From NCBI GenBank assembly GCA_028023455.1, contig JAQFVV010000009.1:15562001-15626000 (forward strand): a stretch of 64,000 bases of DNA, read 5' to 3'. A program made the position numbers and the translations under genes. The number at the start of each line of letters is the position of its first letter. The stretch's first letter is position 1. This document shows, piece by piece, positions 38,911 to 52,800 of the stretch. This DNA comes from Epiperipatus broadwayi. Its lineage: Eukaryota; Animalia; Onychophora. The notes beneath the pieces are model-generated. The model ran no database searches, was not told the origin of the DNA, and worked only from the letters and a program-made list of their open reading frames with translations.

Positions 38911-41900
38911 GAGACAAGTTATTTTAAAACTTAATCTCCCAACAATAAAAAAAAGGACAAAATAACAGAAATAATTATATAGGTATGTGAATACTCTGCC
39001 TTAGTTTCTATTAATCACTAATTACTATTTTCCCAAGCAATATATTTATGGATATTGGCATTTTCTGATTCCACATGCCAATGCTATGCTTGCATAAGAA
39101 TTATGTTGAAGGAATTTAATGAGAACAATAATGTATTATTAGTTTGGCCACTAGCTAGCTCAGTTATGGCAGGTAGTCCTTAGATTGACAGAATTGTGTT
39201 ATTTTGGGACAATATGCATTAACTTGTTTAATAAAGAAAACATACAAACATTTTAACTAAATGAATAACTAAGAAATAACAAAAATAAAAAAATGATAAT
39301 ACTCAATCATTTAATGGAATTATAAGCATAAATATATATTTTGACAGATTAAATTCTTATTGATTACACAGATTGAATATTTTATTTTTATAATTATCTT
39401 CAGATTTAATAGAAATAGTTACAGGCTATACTATAAAATTAATAATGTGCACACATATACATTTGAAATAAAAATATATTGTTATCTTCGGTTTCCCAGA
39501 GAAATTAGATTGTCCGTATTCACAAATAAAGTAAGCTTAAGATTGTCCATAAAGAAAGTCTTTGTTTTAACTCCTGACAAAATGATAGTGAATCCAAATG
39601 TTTGATGCAGTGAAAGTATATGGATGTTGATTCAGTGGGAATGAAAACCCAGCACATGTATGGTTTCACCCCAACATACTTATGTCAGCTGACATATATA
39701 TATCTCTTACTTGCAGTATCGTAGGTCAGAAAATTTGACAGCAATAACAATAACAGCATAAAATTCTAATCAATGTAAAAATAAGAATCAGATGTCTCCT
39801 TTATTTTGATTTGTCTATATATATCTTTCTATTTTTCTAGAAGCTTCTTTTTGTCCTCAAACCTTATTTCTCATCATTTTTTCAAAAGTTCTACATTTTA
39901 AACCTTATCCTGTATGATCTCATTAGTCCAAGACATTACTATTTTAGATCCGTTTTTCTTTGCCTCGGAATTTTTTATTCGATTCAAAGTTTTGTTAAAA
40001 CATTTTAAAAAAATAATTTTCAACAGGGTTTACATTAAAAGCATTTCACAGACCAAAAATAAAATCTGTTTCATTCTATATATTTTTATCTTATTAAAAC
40101 AAAATTCGATATGATAAAAAGTTTATTCACTAAATGTTTTTCTAGAAAATTCTTTTACATGCTATTTTTTTTTTAATATATTCACGCACATACTCCATCA
40201 AAACAAAATGAACACAAGACCCCACTTAAGACTGCTTTGGTTAATTCATTCAATCAAATATGTACATTAAATATATCTACATATTTGTGGCTACCTAAAC
40301 TCCTTTTTACCTTGGAACAGGGTTTAAACCTGGCCCCTGTTACAATTTACCACATTCAGAAGCCTTCACGTATGGTCTTTGTGTTTGAATGGCTCAAACT
40401 TAAGCAACAAAATAAAAAAATTATATAATACCCTTTAATACCTTTCTCGTGGAAACCTTTAACTTTTATTTAACCACTTCCTGCATCCTGCAGCTCTAAA
40501 ACCAAAGAGAAAACTGACCCCACAACCTGACAATATACTATGGGTTTGACAACCAACAACAATGTGTTTCGCACACTATACAGCAACTCCTCACCAGCTT
40601 AAATTGGGTCATATAACCCCCTCCTATCCACACTCTGCAACTTCTGAGTCTTATGAGTGGAAAATTTAGGAGCAATACCTGATTCTTATGAGATTCTGGG
40701 TTAAATATGTATCGCCCAAGGCCCTGCTTACTTCTGGAATCTTATGGGTGGGCAATATCTGAATGCCATGCTCTTCTCAGAGTTAAAGGCTTTAGGTCCA
40801 TGGCAGAATTTTGGCATCTGCAACATGGAAGATTATATAGCTTCTTATCCTCGGTCAACCATATCCTGAAACAAGCTGCCATACATGGTATGCAATGCAT
40901 CACACACCTGATCTAGCAGCCAAAATCCCAGCATTCATTGTCACAATTTAAGAGACCACTTTACATTCCTAATACCCCACACCACAATTCTGTGGACTCA
41001 AACAAACAAAAAAAAACTTTCATAGTTCTTCATCTATTAGTCTTTATATCCCTGCCCATACAATAAATATTAAACATACAACCAATATAAAAACTAATTT
41101 CTTAATATATATTTATATACATTTTTTCTTTTTACTATGATTTTATTTGCTTATTGGCCATCTTTTGTATCAGTGGACATGTATTTTTCCCCAGTCATAG
41201 GTCAGCCTAAATGGCGATCACCGTTCTTCGCCGCCACCATATAATTTTGGAGATTGTTACCGAGTCTTTTTTCTATTTTCCTCAAACATTTTCATTAAGT
41301 CCTATCACTGTTTCTCTCAGCATTATTTTGCATATGATCATTATTTTTTTTACTTTAGACAGCAGGTTGATGCTGAAATATCATTCTAAGTTTTCCAAAT
41401 GCTCTACAGGAGTTTTTAGCATTTGACCATTAATTACCCAAACCTGAGCCTGAAGGTATTTTGTTGAGACCTCTTGCTCTTTTATTATTTTTACACTATT
41501 TCCCTGAGTTTTCTTTTCTTTGCCCTCATCCTGGCTTTCATCTATTTCTTTTCTTTCATTTTTGCTCAGCTTATCTTCGTTTTCACCTATACTTTTTTCT
41601 TTTGCTGCATCACTATCTCTCTTCCTCCCCCTGATTATTCTCTCTTCTATGCTTAATCTCTGCTCAAATTCATGAAACTTCCTTTCAAATCCCTGAAATC
41701 TTGATTCAATTCTTTGATCTAACTTTTAATTTCCTAATGATAGTCTCCATCATGCTAATTCCCCTTCCTTTTCTGGCTTTTGTTGGTCCATTTTCTTCTG
41801 TGATTCAGTTCTCATCTATTTTGACTGTTTCACACTAGTGCTCCTTTTATTTATATATATATATATCACTGTTTATTTCTAACAACAAATGTACTAGGCC

Positions 41901-43298
41901 TAACTTCGCAGCTCACAAAGTATTATACTGCATGACATCATTCCTGTATATCTAACTATTCTTCCTAAAATCTGCTTTATTATGTATATCCTGATTTCTA
42001 TTTCTTGAGACTAACAAAAAAAAAATATCACAACACTTTAATATTATTATTCCTTAATTCTCATTATTCTCTATCCCTAATACTCTCTACTCTTCAAAGC
42101 CCCAGTGGTGGGAGACCATTGTAATGGGTTGAGACCCCTCTCCATCTTTACTGAGTTGAACTTACACTATCTTTACTAAAATATTTTTTTATAACATATT
42201 ATTAAATGATATTAATGATTAATACATAAACAAAACATTTGATTTGCCAAGTTGGACTTCTAGAAAAGGAAGAACAAAATTATATTACCTCCATTAATTA
42301 ACTAAAATACTAATTAGGCTAAATATCAGAAATAAAAATAAATGAAAGAGATAGGCTCTCCATATTTAACTTCTAAAATTACAATAATTAAAAAAAAAAA
42401 CATAACTTTACAACAGTATTAAAAAAGTATAATTTTTTATTTATTCATCTATTATCTATTTATGTTATATATATATATGTAGGATATGGATTTTTGCTTT
42501 ATGCAATAAATCAATAAAAATAAATGCACTATTTATATTCAAAAAAATGTTGACTTAGAATAAATTTACAAAAGTGGACTTTTCTCTAATGCTTTATAAA
42601 ATATACTTAAAAACAATATTAAAAATTCTCTACTACAATTTACTTTTAAAAATAATAGGATGTGTAATAAATTAACATTTTTATGAAATGTTTTATAAAT
42701 TATATACTTTAAACAATGTTAAAAATTATCCAATGCAATATTTTAAAGAATTCTTAAATAATATTTTTATTATCCTTTATAAATACAATATATGCTAATA
42801 TTTTAGTTTTGTGGTAAATAGTTGAAGTATGTTATTACACATTACATGTATTTATTCAGAAATGGAACTTCAAGCAGCTTGGAGACAATACCAGTCACTT
42901 TTTTACTTGGACACACATATTACAATTTCTACCATTGTCAATAATAATATTTGTTAATGAAGTTTATTACTCAAACCATAACATAAGCATGAAATTAAAT
43001 AAATTGTTAGGCACTCATGTCAATGCATAAAGAAAACCAGCAATTATCTCATAAATTTACAGTATTTTATCCAGGAATAGAGACATTATCATGTGACCCT
43101 GGAGATTAAATCAATCTTATTTTTCCTTCCCATATGTCAACACATTGATATTTATTAGTTAAATTAGAAATGCATGTTTTTATTCAAGAGAGAAAGATAT
43201 ATATATATTGAAAAATGCATAAATACATTGTAACAAATATATAAAATATATGAGTTACATAAAAGTATTTAAAAAGAAGGTAGTTTAGTATTTTATAA

Positions 43299-44623
43299 GC
43301 TATGACGTATTACGCTAAACATGTTTTCTACTGGTAAGATTTCATCGAAGATTAGATAAACAATGTCATGGCAACAAAGACAGTGCATGATTAATCCATG
43401 GGAATGGTGACTTTGATCGTGATGACCCATGAGATTTAAAAAGTCGAGAGACCATGTCAAATTTTGTCACTCTGACTTTTGTGGTTTTGTTGTCAATGGA
43501 GTCACTTTGCAGAGATTTTTTTTTGCGTTTAACAGAGATTTTTTTGCATCTGTTTTAATTCTTTTTTACTTAGAGATATTACTGTAAGTTGTTGAAAAGT
43601 TGAATTTTTTTTTTTATCATATTGAGATTAATACTATAATTTTTTTAAATTTATAGATTTGCGTCCATTTTGTGATTTTAATAGGATTTAACAGAATTTT
43701 TTTGCATCCATTTTGATTGTTTTTATCCTATTGTAAGTTATTGAAAATTTGAATTTTTGAATTTTTTTTTTATCATATTGATATTGTAACTGCAATTCGC
43801 TATTCCGTTACAATATTAATACTGCAATTCTTTGAAAATAACATTTTAAATGGGAATGGCTGAAGAAGAAAGTACTCAAACTACTATTGTACAGCTGTGG
43901 GATCTATCTGAGTATGTATGTGGGGACTACTATGCTGAGAAAAATGTAAAATCAGAGGTCCTAACATGATCATCAAAATAGATGAAAGTCTATTCTCCAA
44001 GTGGAAGAATAATGCTGGCAGAGTCCTAACATGATCGTGGATTCCACCAGAGTGAATATTTGGGGGTATCTGCAGAGTGACTGGCGAATGTTTTATAACA
44101 GCCATTCGTGACTGAAGCACATCCACTCCCATGCAAGCCATTTTGGAAAGTGTGCAACAAGCCTCTACCATTTACAGTGATTTTTGGAAAGGGTCCAAAA
44201 CTGAAGAATTGGCTGAGGCAGGATACGAAAACCATTGAGTGAATCATACCTATAATTTTGTTGACCTCTCTACCAGTGTTCACACACAACATATTGAAAG
44301 GTTGTGGGGTTTAATGAAATGGTGAAATAAAAAACAGAGGAACAGCATGTCAATACCTAGATTCATATTTAACTGAGTTTATGTAGTGGTGCCTCTACAA
44401 AGACGATCCTTTTACACCATTTTGCAGCATATAGACCAATTCATACCGCTTTTCATAAATAATTTTCATTTGTTTCTTAATAATTAAACATAGTACTTTT
44501 CCAAGACTTTTCTTAATTTTGTAGTAATAATTGCAGTTTTAGTTTAAAATTTTTTTATTTAATGTCTTCTTTAGTATTATTTTCGCTAAAAAAAATTTAA
44601 AAAATTCATAAGACGTCATTACC
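43299..44623 (+). mobile_element. Merlin-superfamily DNA transposon with inactivated DDE (IS1595/ISXO2-like) transposase at ~43850-44400
   Basis: + strand RGPNMIIKIDESLFSKWKNNAGRVL..IFGGICRVTGECF..TIYSDFWKG..GYENH*VNHTYNFVD..HTQHIERLWG..YLTEFM*W; imperfect TIRs GCTATGACGTATTACG / CATAAGACGTCATTACC. Confidence 0.9.
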
Positions 44624-44865
44624 AATGTATGACAGATTTGCAGTATAGCAGGAGTTTGCTGTTAAATTTTTAAATTACAAATATTTTTTATGATTATTTC
44701 TGCAATTATTCTGTTGTCAATTAAAATTTATATTTTGATAAATTATTATGAATTTATGTATTTTTTGGGGGGCTTCTTTAGTATTATTCTTGTTATGAGA
44801 TGTCTTCTTTAGTATTATTTTTGCTATGTCTACTGGATGCCCTCTTTAGTATTATTTTTGCTATT
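44560..44865. repeat. Four copies of CTTTAGTATTATTTTTGCTA near the Merlin 3' end
   Basis: Visible at ~44568, ~44776, ~44806, ~44843. Confidence 0.7.
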
Positions 44866-46619
44866 AAGAGAGGGAAGAGAGTTTAAAATAGAGAACAAAA
44901 GATTGGTTTAGAATTTGAAAAAAAAAAAAACAATCTCTGGTCAAATTATACCAATCTTGTTTTTAAAATAAAAAGAAAAATAATAAAACTTTAAGTGAAA
45001 CTATAGTGATAATTTAAGAATTTTAATTAGCTTTTTTATTGAAAGAAAATCTAATAAAAGTATTCACTGGTCAAATAAAACCAGTAATAGTTGCTTATCT
45101 TCTCTTTAAAACTTCAAAATGAAAACAAAAAAGGAAAACTTAAAATTGTATTCAATAAGCTAAAGTATTAATTTGAAAAAGGGAATGAAATGTAATCTCT
45201 TAGAGACTAAGCACTGTCAAAGGAAAAAAAGGATGATCACCTCTAGAAAAGCTTTAACCAAAACCTAGGTCAAATGTAAGCAAAAATCAAAGTCTAGAAT
45301 TAAACTGAAATACAAGGGGTAAGATTTATATTTTCCACACAAAATTTTGTTAAAATTGAGAAACCCTGTATTTTACTTATTTAAAACTAAATTCTTTTTA
45401 AAATAATTTTGCCAATAATTCCAAGTTTTATTATATGTTTATGTTGTTATAATTTGATAAGTTATTATATGTAAATAAATATGTTGTTTTAATTGTTAAT
45501 TTGAATTCTCTTTTCTCTGATTCTCTCACTATATGAAATTTAGTTAATTATATAGTCTTGTTTTAAATGTTCAATATCTAATTATTAATAAGGTGAGTTT
45601 CTTATATTTAATTGAGCTATCTGAGGAAACAAGCACTAGAAGAGTTTAAAATCTATTGTGCATATTCCAGTTAATTATTTGGATGGCACCTGGGTTCAAT
45701 GATCATGAAAGATAGCTGTATTCTGTATATTTATAGACACTACCTGGTCTGACCATTAGTATAGTTAATATGTAGGAAATATTGACTTTATTTCTCCTCT
45801 GCTTGAATAATGGTACGTATATTATTTAGCTGAGCTAAATTATATAAGAATAAATAAAATAAAAATGTAGTTCGTTATAACATATATATTACAAATAGAA
45901 TGCCAGCTACTGTATCTCTTGAAACTAATTATCTTATGTAAATTGATATTGTATGTAATTATTTAAATGAAAAATGCATTTTTAAATATATTACAACTTC
46001 TAGATAGCATGCCAGGAACAAATTCCATGAGACAATTTTTTATTTACACATGATTATTATTTGTAATTAATCAACTTTCTTAAATATTTTTGTTTTGATG
46101 TGTCTTGGATATACGCCGTTACATTATTTTTCTTTATTATTAAACTTGAAATTAAAATAAAAAGTTTGCATTTAAAAACTTCTTTTTTTTTAAGACATAA
46201 AAATTGAAAATTAATTCTATCTTAAACTCGTATATATAAATCGCACAGATGAAAAAAAAATTATTAAACGAAAACTTTATTAAAGAAAAAGTATTTTAAA
46301 ACTAAATTTTCAGTAAAGATTTAAAGATAAAAATATATCTTTAAGTTTGAAAACAAATTAATTAATGTTATTGAAAAATGGAAATGATTATTTTAATTAA
46401 TCCAAGTGAACAAACCCTTGGGCATTTAAATGTATAAACAACGGTCAGATAGGAAAACAATAGAAACTTTTAGCAAATGGAAGAAATCCATCAGGAAATC
46501 GGACCTCAACAAAAATGTTTTCACCATCATGACGTAATGTTGAGTTAATCCACAAAATTATTATAAAAGAAAAGGTTTGAAAATAAAAGAATTAATTAGT
46601 TATTATGAGAGGACAGATA

Positions 46620-48355
46620 TGTGTTAGTGTGGAGTCGAAGGAGAAGGGATTGAAAAGACGCACTCTTCAATCCCTTCAGTTCTGCTAAAAAAGAAAGAGA
46701 AATGACATCATTTTCTACATTAAGGACCAGCTCAAGTAAAGACCTCCGGATAAATAAAAACAATGGCTAACTGGATACCAATATCTTCAGTACGGCGTGG
46801 GAATTCCCGTTCAAAATTAGCAACAACGGCAAGCAACTGTAAAGGATAAAGCTGGACGTTTTAAAAATCGTAAGAACTTTATATTCATTTGAAAACAATA
46901 AGAACTCTAAATTCTAAACCTTTTAGTAAACAATACAAATAGAATTTTATCTGACCAACGTAAATTAATGTTAATAATGTTATTTGATGTATTTTTTTTT
47001 TATTTATTTAAAATCATTTCCATTTTTTTTTTTTTTTTGTTCTTTTAAGTTTTTAATATGATTTTTGTTTTTTGTTAAACTAAATTACATAAATGTTAAA
47101 CTTAAGTCAGGCGTGAATGGCTATATAGATATGTAAAGTTATATTAGGGGAGGGTAAATCTTAGGTTATTTGTTTCATAGTTGAATATGTCAGTGGATTG
47201 AATATATTGATGTAGTTAGTAGATGTAGTATGAGATCCGCTACGGGCAGGATTGCATATATACGCCACACACCTGTTTGCCTATGGATGGGTTTGTAAGT
47301 CAGCAAAGAACCGCAATCCATTCCTATGGAGTTTTTTGTTTATTGTTCTACTCGCCAATAGATGTAGCATTCCTGTTGGTGGAGAGACGATGTCTTCTCT
47401 AACTCTACTTACTGTTCAGATGTACATTCCTGACAGTATAGTATTTTGTGTTGTCGTATTTTCATGCCACATTGAATACATAAATGTATCAGATGGATTG
47501 ATGCCGGTTTGACTGCGAACTTTTTGCCTAAGGTTAAATCAGGGAAGAATATTTTCTTTTCAAATGCAGATCTATGTAGTTTATTCATACTTGACATCCT
47601 AAATAAAAATGCATTTAATTTAAGTTGGGTATAGACATTTGCATGAATTTGTTATCGGTTAATTATGTTTTGGTTTTCATATTTGATCAAAATATATAAA
47701 CATTCGCTAAATAATGATACCTTACGGTGAGTATCTAAAATGTATTTATTCGAATGTCTTTTTAGTTATTGGTGTCAATGCGGGAATCTTATGATGAATG
47801 CTATTGGGTTACTTATAAATTTCCCTCTGCAATTGATGGTATCAATGACTTTGTATTTTGATCGTTTATGTTTATTTTGAAATGTTTTTAACCGTGAAAT
47901 CTATGTAACCGATCTATACTCAACATTATAAAACAAACTTTCATAAATCTATCTGTGCGAACTTATAAAAAAAATTAAAATGTAAACTTATAATATTATA
48001 AAAATTAAAATGTAAATTTAAATTCTAAAATCAAGTTAAAATCCAAAGCAAAAGTTATTCTAAAATAATGCTAAATTTTATACGTGTGCATAAATAAATG
48101 TTTGTATGTTAATTACTGGCAGTGGCTTATTTTATTCTTTTTTATATATTCTTAGATAAGAATTTATTATAAATATAAATCTCTGCTACTCCCTGAGCTA
48201 GTGACAATGGGCTAATATATAAATATATAAATTTTTAAAAAAATTTTTTTTGACTTACGTATCTGCCTACTTTATAAATTTTTCTAGGTTCAAATGCCTA
48301 GATGGCGCCCTGTAGTGCAGATCACATTAAGTCCCACTATTTCCAGATCGTTACA
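46620..48355 (+). mobile_element. TG...CA-like element copy 4 (ends uncertain)
   Basis: Start TGTGGAGTCGA (46628) with 12-bp hairpin GAAGGGATTGAA/TTCAATCCCTTC; GATAAATA 46749, TCAGT 46787, donor ATC|GTAAG 46870, AT-rich intron-like stretch; candidate end GATCGTTACA|ATAT 48355; TSD not clean. Confidence 0.4.
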
Positions 48356-49439
48356 ATATATATATATTGTATGTTTAATGAGTAGTAAGTAATATTAAGA
48401 AGTTTATACCTAAGAAATTTATTTAAATAAATACTAAAAGTTGATTATTCATTAGCATAACTAATCGTAAACAGTTAACTTTTTTGCAGTATTACTGTTA
48501 ACTCGTGTATTATTATTTCATTTAAACAATATGTAAATAAATGCCATGGAAATAGCTGCATATTGCATTATATTATTTTATTCTATGTAATGCTTGCAAA
48601 GCTGCAGGTACACTTAGTGAGATCTAAATGTTTTACTAGATATATATCAATTAACTGCAATCTATATATTAACATGATACATAATATGATATTATGTTTA
48701 TTGAGATTTTCAATAAAACTTATATTAAAGCAAATAAGTCATTTAATAAGAAATCATGATATATCAAATCTAATACAGAAAATTTTATGTGGGAATATGA
48801 ATTTTCGATAATTGAATGCAAGTTTTAAGCAGAAGACAGAAAACTATTGTGTAATAAATAGTATCCACAATAGGATATAGAACCAATAGGCAGACAGATT
48901 TGTAGATTGAGCATTCTGTACAAATTGTATATAAGATTTGGGGAAATTGGTGACATGTGAATGAATGATGTTTTTTTAATCAGGTTTATAAAAATATTAC
49001 TACACAAGCTGGTCTGGATGAGAGATGCTTGTACTGCAAATTAAACTAAGAGGAAAATGGATTTTGTGAAAATTGACAATTAAGTGAAAAATTTAAACCA
49101 ATAATTTAAATGAAAAGTGATAAAAAAATTTGGGTAGCTGAGCAGAAGTCTTCTTTAAGTAATGCAGAGGTCTAATATCAATTAGATCTGAAAATATTAC
49201 TGCTGGTATATCAAATGGAGATCCCGAGAAGACATTGGACAATGTATTGTGGTTTGAAAGAAGTATTCCACCTGAAGAGACAGATCTTTGACCATTAAAT
49301 TTTTGCCATGATAAAAAAGTTGAATGATTGTAAAATATTAAAATCCCAGTTAAAGAGTTAAGTAGAAATAAAGGATAAAATTATTTAAAAGTAAAGCACC
49401 TTAACTGTAAAATATGCAATATGGAACAGTATAATGCCT

Positions 49440-49800
49440 ACTATTGTCAAACAAAATGTTACTAAGGGTAAATGTTGTTATTGATATAACAACTTCTAAC
49501 TTTCAAAAAATAGAAAAAGGTCTCATAAATATTAAAAGATGATGAGATTTAATAAATAAGGTGTTGTTGCTGATTAGGTTTAAGTCTGATGATTCTCCTC
49601 AATATTCCTGTATTTTATTCTGTGGGTAATTTTGAGAAGGATATCTATAATAAAGTACTAAAATAGTATTTTGGAAAGATCTAATGGGTTCAATAAATAT
49701 TTCCTGGATAGTTTATAAAGAACCGCTTGTGGACGATTAGACTTATCTGATTTTTTGCTTGAGAAAAACATTGCATCTTAAAGAAACAAAAGCCTAAAAT
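49440..49800 (-). mobile_element. Non-LTR RT 3' remnant (L2/Jockey-like)
   Basis: HKRFFINYPG..SFSKLP..NTGILRRIIR resembles the post-RT QxRFxR..YP..RxxxxN pattern; frameshifted. Confidence 0.3.
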
Positions 49801-50351
49801 GCATATGCAGTGGTGTTTTAATAAATAGTCAAAATTTTAATTCAGAACTTGAAAGCTGATGATAAATTATAAAATGGAAGATTAGAAAAATAATGTCCAT
49901 TTTTTTTAAAAAAAAAAAAAGAGAGAGAAAGAATATTTGGTAACATTTAACAAATTGTCATGAAGGGAGAAATTAAATGAGATATAATTCAATTTTCATT
50001 AATCAAAGAATAACATATATATATAGAGTGTGTGAATAAAATAAAAAATTACTAGTACAAGGTAAGAAACAGAGCATGCATAATTTTATGTTGAAAATAT
50101 TGAAATTAGAAACGGCTAAATAAAGTAATAAAATAGGTTTCTTTTGAAAGTTAAAAGCATGTTATTGATTTGAAAGAGTAATTGAAACATTTAGGGATAT
50201 TTTGTACATTTTCTATGATTTTGAAGAAAAACAAATTTGGCTAATTAAAATGTTTGTCATTAACATTAATTGAAACTAAAATTCTTGGACAAGTGGCAAT
50301 AGCTTAAAAACTATTAATAGTGTTAAAAAAAGAAAAAAGTAGTTAAAATTG

Positions 50352-50860
50352 TATTTATATGTTGGACTATTTCCAGCATCTAATGTGAGTATTGATCTTT
50401 AAAAAAATTTAACTTTATTTAAATATTCCAAATACATTCGATAGTAATAGTACATCAAACAAGTTAATATGTGCCCAATGTTTCGAGAGGTATTATTCTC
50501 TCCTCTTCTTCAGGTGTTGCTGGCCTGATCAGTGACAGTACTAGCATAGGAATCGAACCTGAACCCTTAGATTATTTGATTATTGAATTTTAATTTAATG
50601 CTCTAACCAACTGAGCCAAAATTCAATATTCAAAGAATCTAAGGGTCCACATTTGATTCCCATACTAGTACTGTCATTGGTCAGGCCAGCAACACCAAAG
50701 AAGAAGGGAGAATAGTACCTCTCAAAATGTTGTGCATATATTAACCTGCATGCTACTACTAATAGTTGAATGTATTTAGAATATTTAAATAAAATTAAAT
50801 TTTTCTAAAGACATTCAATATTCAGATGATGGAAATAGTCCAACATATAAATACAATTAA
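50352..50860 (-). mobile_element. tRNA-headed, hammerhead-containing SINE-like element as an inverted dimer
   Basis: Minus copy 50617-50352: A box GGCTCAGTTGGTTAGAGC, B box GGTTCGATTCC, then CAC-CTGAAGA-AGAGGAGAG-AATAATA-CCTCTC-GAAAC; plus copy 50618-50860 lacks the A box. Confidence 0.8.
50474..50517 (-). ncRNA. Minimal hammerhead motif
   Basis: CTGAAGA and GAAAC intact; the consensus of both arms gives palindromic stem III AACGTT and stem I CAC/GTG. Confidence 0.6.
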
Positions 50861-52747
50861 AACACCATCATCACAAATCTTCAGGAAAACAAGGGGTTAA
50901 AATGTTTAGTTCAAAGTAATATGTGAATCAAGATAAGATATTTTGGTTTTGGATTATATAGTTGAATAGATGGACTGTATCAGTCTGTTTCCAAATCCAT
51001 CTATTGCCAAAATAGAAAATAAAATAGTAATACAAAAATTGAAGTTTTTTTCTATGCTGTATAATAGGGCTGTTTATAACAGGTCTCAGTAAATACATTT
51101 GAGCCGTTTTATTTCTTTGGCTAATTATGAAAATTATCAATGAAGGTTTTTAATAAATAAACATTCTTTCATATATTTATTGACATGAGGATTATATATA
51201 TATAAAAAAGATAATCTGGCATGAAAACAAGATTGGTCTATATAAAATTATAATTATGATAATAAAAGTATGTGGTATTTTGATTACAGTGAAGCAATGA
51301 ATTTTTGATAATAAAAAAAGAATGTTACCCTGAGCATATTTAATTGCAATGAAAGTCAAACATTTCACTATTTACTTTATGTAAAAAATAAAAATACAGT
51401 ACCGTTTTTTTTAATTCTTTTTTTTTTCAGTGAATGTAAAATATATGTAAATGTGTCCCATAAATTTATTATTAATAACTATATTATTATTATTTTAAAA
51501 TTGGTTTTTATACTATAATTTTAATTTATATAAACCATGCTATACATTTAAAATAGTGTCTGTTATGTATATGCGTGCATGTTGAAAAGTACTGTACACT
51601 TGCAGTTCAATAAACAATATATGTTCTGTTATAATTAAAGTTTATCAACAAAACATGATATTAAACATTATGTATGATTAAATGCTGTCTACTTCTATAC
51701 TAGTAATGATAAATAAAATAGAAAATCATATAACAAGACTAGCCAAAAAACAAAATTTTACTAAAATCCTTCGACGACCATGATTTCATCTCTTAACAAA
51801 TAGATGTTTTCACATGAAATTAATAAGATACAAACAACATATATATATACACACAATATTATGTGAGTGTATGCAAATATGGAACTTCTTGAAATAATGC
51901 ATAGGTTAGTAAAATTTTTATCAGTTAAAAAAATATAGAATTATTGAAATAATGCTTATGTTAATCAAAATTTATCAGCAGAAGAATGTAAAATTTGTAT
52001 AAGAATGCATATGTCAACAAAACTTTTATCATTTAGGAAGACATAAAAATTTCGTTATAATAACACCAATATTAATGCAAACTTTATTAGTTAGGAAATA
52101 CGAAACTTCTTATAACAGTATTTAGAGTATAACAGTATAGACTTTGTATCAGTTAACCAAAATAAACAATGGTTAATTAAAATTTAATTTATTTGTTCAT
52201 GAGTTTAAACTACAAACTTTGAAATTGTATTTCTCTGATATGGTAAAATTGCATTATATTGTATTCTAACCATGCATTTAAATGTTGTGGATTTCTTAAA
52301 TGTTATTGTTGAATTATCTTATTGTAAATAAATTTATATTTTATTGTTAAGCCTTGTTTATGGTATTAATATTATCTTATCCTCATATCATTTGTCCAGA
52401 AATCAAACATTATTTAATTCATGATGCAATTATATTTTATTCTAATTATTCAGAGTACATTCACATAAATTAAAAGTAATAAATCACTTAGTTATAATGA
52501 TTTATAGATGATGAGAATGCATCAAAGTAAGAAAATATGTATCCATTTTCTTACTGATTAGTATAATTTAATTGCAGTTATTTAAAGAAGACTTCTCTTG
52601 TAATAAATTGTTATCTCCTTCATTTAAAATTATTAACTGATTACCATAGACAATTGAAATGATTAACTTTATTTAAATCTATAAGAAAATTGTTTTAAGT
52701 TGGTAATGGAGTATTCTGAGTGACCCTAAAATCTTTTATCCACTCTT

Positions 52748-52800
52748 GGTATTTGAAGGCTATCCTAGGATACTCGGTATTTGAAGGCTATCCTAGGATA
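52748..52800. repeat. Perfect 25-bp tandem duplication (period 28) ending in palindrome TATCCTAGGATA
   Basis: GGTATTTGAAGGCTATCCTAGGATA x2. Confidence 0.9.

Noticed and set aside
40200-41900. GC-richer and purine-skewed stretches suggestive of LINE ORF1/RT debris
   Set aside because: No diagnostic motif could be read with confidence.
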